Positions 48,021-57,558 of a DNA stretch of 64,000 nucleotides are shown in pieces (within the stretch, counting starts at the first letter, position 1; every line of letters starts with the position of its first letter). The notes under the pieces were generated by a model, which worked only from the letters and a program-made list of their open reading frames with translations, was not told the DNA's origin and did no database searches. Position numbers and translations under genes: made by a program. Origin of the DNA: Myxococcota bacterium (GTDB lineage Bacteria; Myxococcota_A; UBA796; UBA2385); the NCBI GenBank assembly GCA_044344255.1, contig JBIJDH010000007.1, positions 96,001-160,000 of the forward strand, read 5' to 3'.

Positions 48021-48556
48021 TGTCCCACCTCCTCGCCTTGCTCCTCCTCGCCGCCCCCCCTGTGGAGGCCGCCGCCTGCGAGAAGCTCGAGCCGCTGCCC
48101 GACACCGTGCAGGTGGCTTGGGTCTCCACCCTCGAGAAGACCGTGCGCAGCGGCTCCTGGCTCGAGGTCGTGCGGGTCTCCGACCTCCGCACCTGGCTCC
48201 GCGCCAAGCAGGCGGACCCGCTGCGCCTCCTCCAGGGCCTCGGGATGGTGGACCGAAAGGAGAAGGAGCTCGGCGCGGACGTCTACAAGGTCACCCTCTT
48301 CGACGTGAAGAAGGAGTGGCTCTGCCGACCCGTGGAGGATCGGACGGAGGGGGAGGACCTCTCCGGGGTCCCGGCCTGCGAGGCCAGCCAGCAGCGTCGG
48401 AGCCGCCCCGCCAAGGAGGGCTTCACGGGCTGCGGCTACACGCTCGACACCGGCGCGTCGGCCCGTGGCCTCGACGTCTTCCGCATCGAGTGGGGCGCGG
48501 CCTCTGCCTGGGGCTTCTGCACCTTGCCGCTCGACCGCTTCCTCAAAGGTGCTTGA
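48020..48556 (+). CDS. Secreted Cys-containing hypothetical protein
   Basis: TGATG overlap; signal peptide. Confidence 0.7.
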   Translation: MSHLLALLLLAAPPVEAAACEKLEPLPDTVQVAWVSTLEKTVRSGSWLEVVRVSDLRTWLRAKQADPLRLLQGLGMVDRKEKELGADVYKVTLFDVKKEWLCRPVEDRTEGEDLSGVPACEASQQRRSRPAKEGFTGCGYTLDTGASARGLDVFRIEWGAASAWGFCTLPLDRFLKGA

Positions 48557-48568
48557 GGGGAGCCACAG

Positions 48569-48602
48569 GGGTGCCTGAGGCCCGCGGGTGCCTGAGGCCC
48601 GC
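48569..48602 (+). repeat. 17-bp tandem duplication in a convergent intergenic region
   Basis: GGGTGCCTGAGGCCCGC x2. Confidence 0.8.
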
Positions 48603-48631
48603 GCGGGTGGCACCGGCGGCCGACGGCGGGC

Positions 48632-49402
48632 TCAGTTGGGGTCGGTGAGCTTCTTGCCGGAGGTCTTGACCTCATCCACTTTGGTGGGCACCGCGGGGCG
48701 CGGTGTCACGACCTCACCGTTCGCGAGCTCGTAGGTGCCGAGGAGCCAGCTCTGCACGACGCCCTCGAGGCTCGAGTCCCGGTTGAACATCTTGGTGCCG
48801 TGGCCGGCGTCTTGCAGCATGGCGACGTGCTTCTGGCCCTGCGCCTTGCCTTCGAGCACGGTGACCGTCTTGGCGGAGTAGCTGTCCTCGAGCGAGGCCA
48901 CGAGCAGCACCGGCCGCGGGCCGTAGGCGATCAGGTTCTCGGAGACCATCACGCCCTTGTAGTTCAGCCCGGGGGAGAGCAGGACGAGGTTGGTCACGCC
49001 CGGGTCGGCCGCGGCGGACTTCACGCAGAGGTTGGCGCCGATGCTGGCGCCGACGCAGCTGATGTCGGTCACGCCCTTGCTGCGCAGCCAGGCGATGGAG
49101 GCGTTGACGTCGAACACCATCGCGGCGTAGTCGGCCTCGGTGGGCTCGGCGGTGGAGCCGGCGGGCTTGCTCTTCCCATGCTTTCGGAGGTCGGGGGAGA
49201 TGACGGCGAGCCCGCTGCGGGCCAGCTTCGCGCTCAACCCCGTCCAGTCGGTGGCGTCTCGCCCGAGCTGATGGACGAGCACCACTCCTTGTTTCGAGCC
49301 CTTCACGGGGTCTACCAGCGCGTGGAGGGAGACGCCGTCGGAGGTCTTGATCGTAGCGTCCTGGGCCGCGAGGGCCGCGGTCGCGAACAGGATGGTGAGC
49401 AT
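48632..49402 (-). CDS. Secreted alpha/beta hydrolase
   Basis: GGAGG before ATG 49402; signal peptide; DLRKHG, GASIG nucleophile elbow, GHGT. Confidence 0.88.
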   Translation of the reverse strand: MLTILFATAALAAQDATIKTSDGVSLHALVDPVKGSKQGVVLVHQLGRDATDWTGLSAKLARSGLAVISPDLRKHGKSKPAGSTAEPTEADYAAMVFDVNASIAWLRSKGVTDISCVGASIGANLCVKSAAADPGVTNLVLLSPGLNYKGVMVSENLIAYGPRPVLLVASLEDSYSAKTVTVLEGKAQGQKHVAMLQDAGHGTKMFNRDSSLEGVVQSWLLGTYELANGEVVTPRPAVPTKVDEVKTSGKKLTDPN

Positions 49403-49518
49403 CAGACCTCCGCTTCGAAGGCGGGAAGCGACCGGCGGAGGGGCACTGGACCCGACCGGAGCGCTGGGGTGTGTGTGTATGATACTGCGAAGGGGCCGCG
49501 TGAGGGGCCTCGTTCGGG

Positions 49519-49950
49519 TCAACCCTCGGCTTGGAGCAAGGCGTCCAGCGCCGCGAGCAGCGAGGCACGATCGATGCCGTAGGCGGCGCAGGCCTCCTCG
49601 AGGGTCTCGTCGAAGCGCACGGAGCAGCCGTCGCAGGCGGGCAGGTGGTGGCGGGCGAAGACCCCGCGCACCCCCGGGTGGCGCCGCCAGACCTGGTCGA
49701 GGGTCATGTCGAGCGAGAAGCTCCGGCGGCTGTAGAGGCGGAGGTCAGCCCGGAGGCGGTCGGCGGCGCGGTCGAGGGCGGCGGCGCGGGCGGAGAGCTG
49801 GTCCCGATCGTCCGCGAGCGCCTGGAGCGCGGCACGGTGGACTTCGAGCGCCCCGCGGTGAGGGGAGAGCGCGGCTCGCACCTGGGTGGTGAGCCAGGCG
49901 CGCGCCCGAGCTCGGAGTGGACCGCGGCGGTGGGGGAGGGGATCGATCAT
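49519..49950 (-). CDS. Coiled-coil plus DUF1858/ScdA-N-like domain protein
   Basis: MTL..V...HP....VF.......C.GC....ETLEEAC..YGID...LL..L. Confidence 0.7.
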   Translation of the reverse strand: MIDPLPHRRGPLRARARAWLTTQVRAALSPHRGALEVHRAALQALADDRDQLSARAAALDRAADRLRADLRLYSRRSFSLDMTLDQVWRRHPGVRGVFARHHLPACDGCSVRFDETLEEACAAYGIDRASLLAALDALLQAEG

Positions 49951-50109
49951 GCAGCTTTCATGGCTAGCCCGCAGGAGGCCCATTGACACCCCCGCCGGAA
50001 CACGATTAGAAGGCGGCGGTCAGGTTGGGGCGACCCTTCCATTGGAGCACGTGGAGCCATGAAGTCGTTCATGCTCTGTGAGCTCGAGCTCTTTGAGTAA
50101 TACAACAGG

Positions 50110-50601
50110 ATGGTACTTCGACCGGAGGAAGTCTCCGATCCAGTCCACGCGCGCTTCATGGCTGAAGCCCTCGCCCTCGCGGCAGAGGCAGCCAACCTCG
50201 GGGAGGTCCCCGTTGGAGCGGTGGTCGTTCAGGCGGATCGGATCATCGCCCGTGGGCACAATCGCCGCGAGCTCGACCAGGATCCTACGGCTCACGCCGA
50301 GCTGCTCGCGATGCGGGCCGCCAGCAAAGAGCTCGGGAGCTGGCGACTCGACGACTGCACCGTTTATGTCACGCTGGAGCCCTGCGCCATGTGCGCCGGA
50401 GCGATGGTGTTGGCGCGGATCCCGCGCTGCGTCTATGGCGCCGCGGACCCCAAGGGCGGCTTCCTTGGCACCCTCGCAGACCTCTCTGCGCACCCCTCCC
50501 TGAACCACCGCTTCGCGGTCGTGCCAGGTGTAGGAGCCGAGAGCGCTGCCTCGCTGCTGCGCGACTTTTTTCGTGCCCTCCGATCGAAGCGCTCGTCCTG
50601 A
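50110..50601 (+). CDS. tadA: tRNA adenosine(34) deaminase
   Basis: GEVPVGA, AHAE, TLEPCAMC, DPKGG, FFR..R. Confidence 0.95.
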   Translation: MVLRPEEVSDPVHARFMAEALALAAEAANLGEVPVGAVVVQADRIIARGHNRRELDQDPTAHAELLAMRAASKELGSWRLDDCTVYVTLEPCAMCAGAMVLARIPRCVYGAADPKGGFLGTLADLSAHPSLNHRFAVVPGVGAESAASLLRDFFRALRSKRSS

Positions 50602-50614
50602 CGCGCAGGAAACT

Positions 50615-50701
50615 GGAGAGGTGGCCGAGTGGTCGAAGGCGGTAGATTCGAAATCTACTGTGGGCGCAAGTTCACCGCGGGTTCGAATCCCGCCTTCTCC
50701 G
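50615..50701 (+). tRNA. tRNA-Ser(CGA)
   Basis: GGAGAGG/CTTCTCC acceptor; GTAGA-ttCGAaa-TCTAC anticodon arm; long variable arm; GGTTCGAATCC; CCA not encoded. Confidence 0.95.
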
Positions 50702-50721
50702 CCTTCCTGCGCGGGTGAATT

Positions 50722-50814
50722 GGAGAGATGACCGAGTGGTCGAAGGTGCAGCACTGGAAATGCTGTGTAGGGTCAAAAGCCTTACCGAGGGTTCGAATCC
50801 CTCTCTCTCCGCCA
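50722..50814 (+). tRNA. tRNA-Ser(GGA)
   Basis: GGAGAGA/TCTCTCC acceptor; CAGCA-ctGGAaa-TGCTG; long variable arm; ends GCCA. Confidence 0.96.
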
Positions 50815-50842
50815 TCTTTGGCTGTTTGTGCGAATGGGTGTC

Positions 50843-50953
50843 TGTCTTGATGGTCGGGTCCTGGTGACCGGGGGTCTGCGAACCCCGCCAGGTCCGGAAG
50901 GAAGCAACGGTAGCGGTCCCCCCGGGGCATCGGGGTGCCCGGCCATCAAGACA
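50843..50953 (+). ncRNA. ffs: Signal recognition particle RNA (small type)
   Basis: CAGGTCCGGAAGGAAGCA domain IV inside a long hairpin closed by GTCTTGATGGTCGGG/CCCGGCCATCAAGAC; upstream of dnaX. Confidence 0.93.
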
Positions 50954-51000
50954 GCCTCCCAGGCGCCCAGCGCCTCCCCCCCAGCCCGGGTCCCCTGACC

Positions 51001-52983
51001 ATGAGCTACGTGGCCATCGCCCGAAAGTGGCGGCCCACCCGGTTCGAGGACATCGCCGGGCAGACTCACGTGACGCGCACCCTGCGCAACGCGATCTCGC
51101 TCGGTCGTATCCACCATGCCTTCCTCTTCACAGGGGCGCGCGGGGTTGGAAAGACGACCGCGGCGCGGGTGATGGCGCGGGCGCTCAACTGCGAGCAGGG
51201 CCCCACCGCCGACCCCTGCGGGGAGTGCGCGTCTTGCCGGGAGATCCTGGCCGGCGCGAGCCCCGACGTGATCGAGATCGACGGCGCGAGCAACAATTCC
51301 GTTGAGGACATTCGAGACCTCCGCGAGACCGTGCGGTACCTCCCGCAGCGTGGGCGCAGCAAGGTCTACATCGTGGACGAGGTGCACATGCTGTCGAAGG
51401 GGGCGTTCAACGCCCTCTTGAAGACGCTTGAAGAGCCCCCGCCGCACGTGGTCTTCATCTTCGCGACCACGGAGCCGCAGAAGATCCCGGACACCATCCT
51501 CTCCCGCGTCCAGCGCTTCGACTTCAAGCGCATCCCGCTCACGGTGGTGGTGGACTGCCTCCGCGCCATCTGCGACAAGGAGAGCATCCGCGTGGATGAC
51601 GGCGGGCTGCGGATGATCGCGCGGGCGGGCGAGGGCTCGATGCGCGACGCGCAGACCCTGCTCGACCGCGTGCTCAGCATGGGGGACGGCGAGATCAAGG
51701 CCGAGCAGGTGGCCGAGGTGCTCGGCCTCGTCGATCGGCGGCTCCTCTACGAGATGCTCCAGGGCATGCTCCAAGGGGAGCCCGACCGCTGCCTGGAGAC
51801 GATCGAGGCGGTCTACGGCTACGGCTACGACCTCTCCGAGTTCACCGCCGAGCTGCTCGAGCTGCTGCGCAACGCGACGCTGGTGGGCCTCTCGCCGGGC
51901 TCGAAGCGGTACCTCGACGTGCCCGACGAAGAGCGAGAGCGCCTCGAGGGCCTCGCCAAGGGCGTGTCTCCCGACGTCTTCGTGCGCTCCTTCCAGGTGA
52001 TGATCGAGGTGCACGAGCAGGTGGCCCGTGCGCCGCGCCCGAGGATGGTGCTCGAGATGGCGGTGGCCCGCCTGACCGCCGTCCGCCCCTCCCGGCCCCT
52101 CGATCAGATCGTAGACCGCCTCGGCGACATGGAGCGGCGGCTTCGACACGGCGGCGTCGTGGCCCGCCCTCGCGGGCAGGCCGGCGGCGGCCAGCCAAGG
52201 GCCGGCGGAGCCGGCGGCGGCGGCGATGAAGACGGGGAGCCTCACCCTCGCCCCGCACCGGCCGCCGCGCCGCGCGGGCCCGCGCCGACGCCGCGCGGGC
52301 CTGTGCCGACGCCGCCCCCACGCCCGCCCGCCCAGGGGGCCTCGCCGATGCGCTTGGAGCCGGGGCGCCGCCCCGCGCCTCCGCCGATCGACGACCGCTT
52401 TGACGCCCCGCCGCCCGAGGCCGGCCCGGGCTTCGACGTGGATGAACCGCCCGCGGTCGACGTCCTCGCCGAGGTGCCTCCGCCGCCGGAGGAGTACGCT
52501 GAAGAGGAGCAGGCCTCGGTCGAGCTGGTGCTCCCGCTCGTGCCCCGCGACGCCGACGGCCCCACCCGCTTTCGCCTCTTTCAGGAGTGGCTCGAGAAGG
52601 GCGGCCAGCGCTACCTCCTCTGGGCGCGGGACGGTGTTTTCGTCGCCGAGGCGCCCCCGCAGCTCCAGATCTGGTTCGCCACGCCCTTCAGCAAGACCAA
52701 CGCCGAGCACTACCGCGATGACCCTCGCGTGCGCGCCGGCCTCACCGCCTTCTTCCCGAGCTGTCCGGGCCTCCAGCTCGGCCTGCGGCCCCCGGGCTCG
52801 AAGGTGGAGAGCCGGAAGGAGCGCCTGGATCGGGAGCGGTCGGAACGGATCGAGGGCCTGCGCGCCGAGGTAGAGGGCGCCCCGATCATCATCCGACTGC
52901 GCCAGATCCTCGGCGCCGAGATCACGGCGATCTGTCCGGCGGACGAGACGCCGAAGGCCCTGAAAGAATTGGGGGGTAATTGA
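51001..52983 (+). CDS. dnaX: DNA polymerase III subunit gamma/tau
   Basis: ARKWRP, GARGVGKTT, Zn cysteines, EIDGASN, DEVHML, KTLEEPP; Pro-rich linker. Confidence 0.97.
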   Translation: MSYVAIARKWRPTRFEDIAGQTHVTRTLRNAISLGRIHHAFLFTGARGVGKTTAARVMARALNCEQGPTADPCGECASCREILAGASPDVIEIDGASNNSVEDIRDLRETVRYLPQRGRSKVYIVDEVHMLSKGAFNALLKTLEEPPPHVVFIFATTEPQKIPDTILSRVQRFDFKRIPLTVVVDCLRAICDKESIRVDDGGLRMIARAGEGSMRDAQTLLDRVLSMGDGEIKAEQVAEVLGLVDRRLLYEMLQGMLQGEPDRCLETIEAVYGYGYDLSEFTAELLELLRNATLVGLSPGSKRYLDVPDEERERLEGLAKGVSPDVFVRSFQVMIEVHEQVARAPRPRMVLEMAVARLTAVRPSRPLDQIVDRLGDMERRLRHGGVVARPRGQAGGGQPRAGGAGGGGDEDGEPHPRPAPAAAPRGPAPTPRGPVPTPPPRPPAQGASPMRLEPGRRPAPPPIDDRFDAPPPEAGPGFDVDEPPAVDVLAEVPPPPEEYAEEEQASVELVLPLVPRDADGPTRFRLFQEWLEKGGQRYLLWARDGVFVAEAPPQLQIWFATPFSKTNAEHYRDDPRVRAGLTAFFPSCPGLQLGLRPPGSKVESRKERLDRERSERIEGLRAEVEGAPIIIRLRQILGAEITAICPADETPKALKELGGN

Positions 52984-53576
52984 GCGTCAGGGACCCTTTT
53001 CGTCAGTGTGTGGCCCAGCTCGCCCGCTTCCCCGGGATCGGCGAGCGCACGGCCACGCGCCTCGCCTATTGGCTGCTCCGCCAGCCCCCCGAGACCGCCG
53101 CCGACATCGGCGAGGCCCTGATCGGGTTTCGGGCCTCGATGAAGCGCTGCAGCCGCTGCTGTGACCTCTCCGCCTCCGATCCCTGCTCCCGCTGCGTCGA
53201 TCCGCGCCGCGAGCAGGGGGTCATCTGCGTGGTCGAGCGCCCCCAGGACATCGGCGCCATCGAGGCCTCCGGCGAGTACCGCGGCCGCTACCACGTGCTC
53301 GACGGCGCCATCTCCCCCCTCGACGGCGTGGGGCCCGAGCAGCTCCGCATCCCGGAGCTCCTCTCCCGCATCGAGGCCGGCGGCGTGGATGAGCTCCTCG
53401 TAGCCACCGATCCCGACGTGGAGGGCGACACCACCGCGCTCTACCTCGCCCGGCTCTGCAAGCCCCTCGGCCTCCGGGTGACCCGGCTCGCGCATGGCAT
53501 CGCGGTGGGCACCGAGCTCGAGTATGCCGACCGTTCGAGCGTCGCCCGGGCCATCGAGAACCGCCGAGAGATGTAG
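52980..53576 (+). CDS. recR: Recombination protein RecR
   Basis: PGIG.RTA.RL, C4 Zn finger, YHVL.G.ISP.DG, Toprim domain, LEYAD; TTG start. Confidence 0.95.
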   Translation: MSVRDPFRQCVAQLARFPGIGERTATRLAYWLLRQPPETAADIGEALIGFRASMKRCSRCCDLSASDPCSRCVDPRREQGVICVVERPQDIGAIEASGEYRGRYHVLDGAISPLDGVGPEQLRIPELLSRIEAGGVDELLVATDPDVEGDTTALYLARLCKPLGLRVTRLAHGIAVGTELEYADRSSVARAIENRREM

Positions 53577-53626
53577 CTCGGCTCCGGTCTGGCTATGATG
53601 TCTGCCTCCCCCGTCGTGGAGCTCCC

Positions 53627-54214
53627 ATGCGCCTGCCTGCCCTGTGGCTTGCCCTCGCCGTCGGCTGTGTCCCCCGCCTCGTGAGCCCGGGCGACGACAC
53701 GGCGAGCGCATATGTCCCGCCGCAAAACCAGTGGGCGAGCACCACCGACGTGCCCGACAACCTGCGCGGGCAGGGCTTCTCCCAAGGGCAGGTGATCCCC
53801 GACTTCCAGCTGCTGGACCAGCACGGCGACACCGTCAGCGCCTGGCAGTTCTACGGGAGCGTGCTCGCCATCGACGTCAGCACCCTGTGGTGCGCGCCCT
53901 GCCAGAAGCTGGCCGACGAGGTGCACGTCGTGCAGGCCGACTACGAGAGCGAGGGCTTCATCTACATCACGCTCCTCTCGCAAGACATGAGCGGCGACGT
54001 GCCAGACGTCGCCGAGCTCAACACCTGGGTGGACGACCACGGCATCTCCAACGCCCCCGTGCTCTCCGATGGCGGTGGGTTCAGCGCGCAGATCACGCCG
54101 GGCGGCGTCTTCCCGCAGGTGGTCATCGTCGGTCGGGACATGGCGGTGACGAACCCCGGCGTGAACCCCGCCGAGGACCGCACCATCCGCGCCGCGATCG
54201 AGGCCGCGCTCTGA
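53627..54214 (+). CDS. TlpA/AhpC-TSA-family redoxin lipoprotein
   Basis: AVGC lipobox; PDFQL.DQ.G; WCAPC. Confidence 0.85.
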   Translation: MRLPALWLALAVGCVPRLVSPGDDTASAYVPPQNQWASTTDVPDNLRGQGFSQGQVIPDFQLLDQHGDTVSAWQFYGSVLAIDVSTLWCAPCQKLADEVHVVQADYESEGFIYITLLSQDMSGDVPDVAELNTWVDDHGISNAPVLSDGGGFSAQITPGGVFPQVVIVGRDMAVTNPGVNPAEDRTIRAAIEAAL

Positions 54215-54236
54215 GCCGCCGCAGCGGCGGCCCGCC

Positions 54237-54860
54237 CTACTTTGCGGCGTAGGCCTCGACCCGAGGGTCGGCCAGGTAGGCCGCGGTCAGGGCGAGGACG
54301 CGGGGGTAGGGCTCGAGCAGGGCCTCCGTCCAGCCGTCGAGGCGGCCGCTCCGGATCTGCTGCACCTGCAGGGCGATCACGATGTCGGCGATCGACAGGG
54401 CGGCGCCGGTCACGTAGGGCCCGCCCGAGGCCTCGAGGAGGCCCTCGATGTAGCGGAGCACGCGCGTGAGGGGGCCGGCGGCGATCTCGGCGCGCATCGC
54501 CAGCTTCTTCTCGGGGTCTCGCTCGAAGAGGCTGGGCGTGAGCGCGTGGGAGAGCGTGTCGTTCAGGCAGTCGAGCGCGCTGTCGACGACGAGGGCGGCG
54601 TGGGGGTCGGCCGGGTAGAGCGAGGAGTCGCCCACGCGGGCGGCGTAGCGCAGCATGGCCGCGGTCTGGACGACTCGCTGACCGTCGACATCGAGGACCG
54701 GCACGGCGTTGAGGGGGTAGTCGCCCCGGGCGCGGGCCTCGCTGTACTCGGGGAACTTGAGGCGATGATCCTCGTAGGCGACGCCTCCCATGTGGAAGGC
54801 GATCCGCACGGGCTCGGCGCGGCCGGGGGCGTCAAAGTAGGTGAGCTTCAGGGTCGTCAT
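54237..54860 (-). CDS. Glutathione S-transferase (sigma-like)
   Basis: KLTYFD..GRAE..R, VPVL.VDG, QT.A, LSIADI. Confidence 0.9.
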   Translation of the reverse strand: MTTLKLTYFDAPGRAEPVRIAFHMGGVAYEDHRLKFPEYSEARARGDYPLNAVPVLDVDGQRVVQTAAMLRYAARVGDSSLYPADPHAALVVDSALDCLNDTLSHALTPSLFERDPEKKLAMRAEIAAGPLTRVLRYIEGLLEASGGPYVTGAALSIADIVIALQVQQIRSGRLDGWTEALLEPYPRVLALTAAYLADPRVEAYAAK

Positions 54861-54931
54861 CGGGGCACTCTCCAAGGGGGCGGCTGGACTAACGCACCGG
54901 CGCCGCGGCGCAGGCCGTCGGCCCGGGCGGC

Positions 54932-55846
54932 TTAGTCGCCCCAGCCCCGCCACATGGCCGGCAGGTGCTGGAGGGCCGCCCAAATTCGCCGGGTGAGGCG
55001 CGCGGGGAGCGCGGGGGTGCCGAGGTAGGTCGCGCGGCCGGGGAGGGCGCCGCTGACGCCGGACTGGCCGCCCACCACCGCTCGCTCGCCCACCGTCGCG
55101 TGGTCGGCGACGCCCACCTGTCCGGCGAGGATCACGCCGTCGCCGAGCTCGACGCTGCCGGAGAGGCCCGCCTGAGCGGCGATGATCACCGCGCGGCCGA
55201 GGCGGCTGTTGTGGCCGATCTGCACGAGGTTGTCGAGCTTGCAGTCGTCGCCGATCACGGTCTCGTCGAGGGAGGCGCGGTCAATCGTCGTGTTGGCCCC
55301 CACCTCCACCCGGGCGCCGAGGCGGACCCGCCCCACCTGAGGCACCTTCACCGGGCCGTCGGCGGTGGGGTGGTAGGCGAAGCCGTCGGCGCCCAGCACG
55401 GCGCCCGCGTGGATGCGGCAGTCGGGGCCGAGCACGGTGTCGGGGTACAGCACGACGTTCGGGAAGAGGACCGTGCGCTCTCCGATCTCGCAGCGCTCCA
55501 TCACCACGCAGCCCGCTTCGACGCGCACATCCGCCCCGAGCCGGGCGGTGGGGTGCACGGTGGCCCGAGGGTGGACGCCCGCCTCCGGCGCCGGGGAGCG
55601 CTCCCGGAGCAGGGTGATGAAGGCGAGCTTGGGATCGGGCACGACGACGCAGGTGCGGTCGGGCAGCGCCTCGCGGATGAGCAGCACCCCCGCAGCGCTG
55701 CCCCGGACGAGGCCGCGCTCGGCGAAGGCCACCTCGGTCTCCCCCGCTCGCTCGAGAGAGGCGAGGCCGGTGATCGCCCGGTCCGGGCCCTCCAGCCGAC
55801 CGCCGAGCTGCCGGGCGAGCTGCGCGGCGGTCTCGGGGAGCCCCAC
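54932..55846 (-). CDS. lpxD: UDP-3-O-acyl-glucosamine N-acyltransferase
   Basis: Hexapeptide repeats; GADGF, EVGANTTIDR, KLDNLVQIGHN, AGQVGVADH. Confidence 0.93.
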   Translation of the reverse strand: MGLPETAAQLARQLGGRLEGPDRAITGLASLERAGETEVAFAERGLVRGSAAGVLLIREALPDRTCVVVPDPKLAFITLLRERSPAPEAGVHPRATVHPTARLGADVRVEAGCVVMERCEIGERTVLFPNVVLYPDTVLGPDCRIHAGAVLGADGFAYHPTADGPVKVPQVGRVRLGARVEVGANTTIDRASLDETVIGDDCKLDNLVQIGHNSRLGRAVIIAAQAGLSGSVELGDGVILAGQVGVADHATVGERAVVGGQSGVSGALPGRATYLGTPALPARLTRRIWAALQHLPAMWRGWGD

Positions 55847-55852
55847 CGTGGC

Positions 55853-56935
55853 CTACATGCCCTCGGTGATGTTGAACTCGACGCGGCGGTTCACCGCACG
55901 ACCGGTGGGCGTGTTGTTCGTGTCGAGGGGCTTGGTCTCGCCGAAGCCCTCCGAGGTGAGGCGACCTGGATCGATGCCCTTGCCCACGAGGTAGGTGCGG
56001 ACGGAGTCGGCGCGGCCGGCGGACAGCTTGAGGTTGTAGGGGTCCGAACCCTGGCTGTCGGTGTGCCCCTCGACCCGGACCTTGACGTTCGGGTAGTCCT
56101 TCATCACCTGCGCGACCGAGTTCAGGATGTCGTAAGACTGCGGCAGGATGCGCGTCTTGGCAGTCTCGAACTGGATCTTTTCGCCGATCTCGATCTTCTG
56201 CTTCGTGATCTTGACGTTCTGCGGAGGGACGTCGGGGCAACCGTCCTCGTCGAGGTACTGGTTGTAGTTCTCGGGCTCGTCGATGCACTTGTCCACGTCG
56301 TCGCGGATGCGGTCTCCGTCGCGATCGACGTTGCCCTCGGGGCATCCGTCGTCGTCCTGGTAGCCGTTCTTGTCCTCGGCTTCGTTCGGACACTTGTCCT
56401 TGGCGTCGAGGATGCCGTCGTTGTCGTTGTCGAGGTCAGGGCAGCCGTCGGCGTCCATGTACCCGTCGACGTCCTCCGGCTGGTCCTTGCAGGCGTCGCG
56501 GTCGTCCTTGATGCCGTCGTGATCCATGTCGTGCTCGGGACAGCCGTCGTCGTCCTCGAAGCCGTTCTTGTCTTCGGGCTCGGTGGGGCACTTGTCGACG
56601 TCGTCCATGACGCCGTCGCTGTCCTTGTCGTGCGGGCGGCAGACCTCGGCCTTCTGGAGCGCGATGGCGATGTTGGTGCGGGCGATTTCGAGGTGCTGCT
56701 CGGCCCGGCGCTCGTCGCCTTGCTGGAATTCGATCTCGGCGAAGGCCTGGTGCGAGCGCGCCAGGGCGAGCTCACGGGGCGCGCACTTCTCGGCCCACTC
56801 GTCGGCGTCCGACTGCTTCAAGCCGGTGAGGACCTCTTCGTGGTACTCGCGCAGCGGGCCGGCCTTCTTGCAGGAGGGGAGCAGCGCGGCGGCGATCAGG
56901 GGGAAGGCGACGAGCCAGCGGGGGGCGCTCATCAT
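55853..56935 (-). CDS. Lipoprotein with DUF4398-like domain, TSP3 repeats and OmpA C-terminal domain
   Basis: LPSC lipobox; APRELALA; DxDxDG..DxCP..PED..G..D.DGCP repeats; EGHTD, NRRVEF. Confidence 0.9.
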   Translation of the reverse strand: MMSAPRWLVAFPLIAAALLPSCKKAGPLREYHEEVLTGLKQSDADEWAEKCAPRELALARSHQAFAEIEFQQGDERRAEQHLEIARTNIAIALQKAEVCRPHDKDSDGVMDDVDKCPTEPEDKNGFEDDDGCPEHDMDHDGIKDDRDACKDQPEDVDGYMDADGCPDLDNDNDGILDAKDKCPNEAEDKNGYQDDDGCPEGNVDRDGDRIRDDVDKCIDEPENYNQYLDEDGCPDVPPQNVKITKQKIEIGEKIQFETAKTRILPQSYDILNSVAQVMKDYPNVKVRVEGHTDSQGSDPYNLKLSAGRADSVRTYLVGKGIDPGRLTSEGFGETKPLDTNNTPTGRAVNRRVEFNITEGM

Positions 56936-57351
56936 TCATCTCCCCAGATGGGGCCGGAGCTGGTGGGCTTGGTAGGGTCAGCCGGCTTGGCGGGGTCAGC
57001 CGGCTTGGCGGGCACGGGCGCCTGGTCTTGCAGCGCGTCACCGCCGGGGGTGACGTCGCGAATTCGGCTGTTGTTCGTGGACGTCGCTTGCGCCCGGGCC
57101 GCCCACTCGGCCGACTTGCGGCTCAAGTCCTCGGCGACCCCGAAGTCTGAGTAGCCCCACTCCTCGCGCGCCTTGCGCTGGAATTCGTCCGCCATCGTCC
57201 AGTAGTAGACGGCGAGCTCGGGGGACCCAGCCTCTTCGGCGGCGAGGAGCGATTGCTCTCCGCGGGTGAGGTAGACCGTGCTCTTGATCGCCATGCAGCC
57301 CGACGTCAGGGGCAACAGGGCAGGGAGCAGCAGGAGGAGGAACTTCGGCAT
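56932..57351 (-). CDS. DUF4398-like lipoprotein with PAKPAD repeats
   Basis: ATG 57351; TSGC lipobox; A.YYWT.A.EF..KAREE; ATGA overlap with the OmpA gene. Confidence 0.75.
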   Translation of the reverse strand: MPKFLLLLLPALLPLTSGCMAIKSTVYLTRGEQSLLAAEEAGSPELAVYYWTMADEFQRKAREEWGYSDFGVAEDLSRKSAEWAARAQATSTNNSRIRDVTPGGDALQDQAPVPAKPADPAKPADPTKPTSSGPIWGDE

Positions 57352-57558
57352 GCGGCCTTCCACAGGTCGGGCCCTCCTACCTGACCGGCGGGCAGGAGGC
57401 CACGGGTTCGTATGAACGCACGGTCGGCGGGGGAATGTCAAGCAGCGTGTGGGCGCGCGGACTCTCAGGGAATTCGGACCGTCATGGATTTCGGGCGGAA
57501 GGGCGCTCCGCGAGAACTTCACAAGCCAGCGGCACCCTTGGATCCGGCGCCCCACCGA

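Noticed and set aside
50615..50953. tRNA-anchored integrative element
   Set aside because: No integrase or duplicated tRNA 3' end seen; the flanks are core genes.
55853..56935. TraB (outer-membrane exchange)
   Set aside because: It has TSP3 and OmpA domains but lacks the N-terminal beta-barrel and an adjacent traA.
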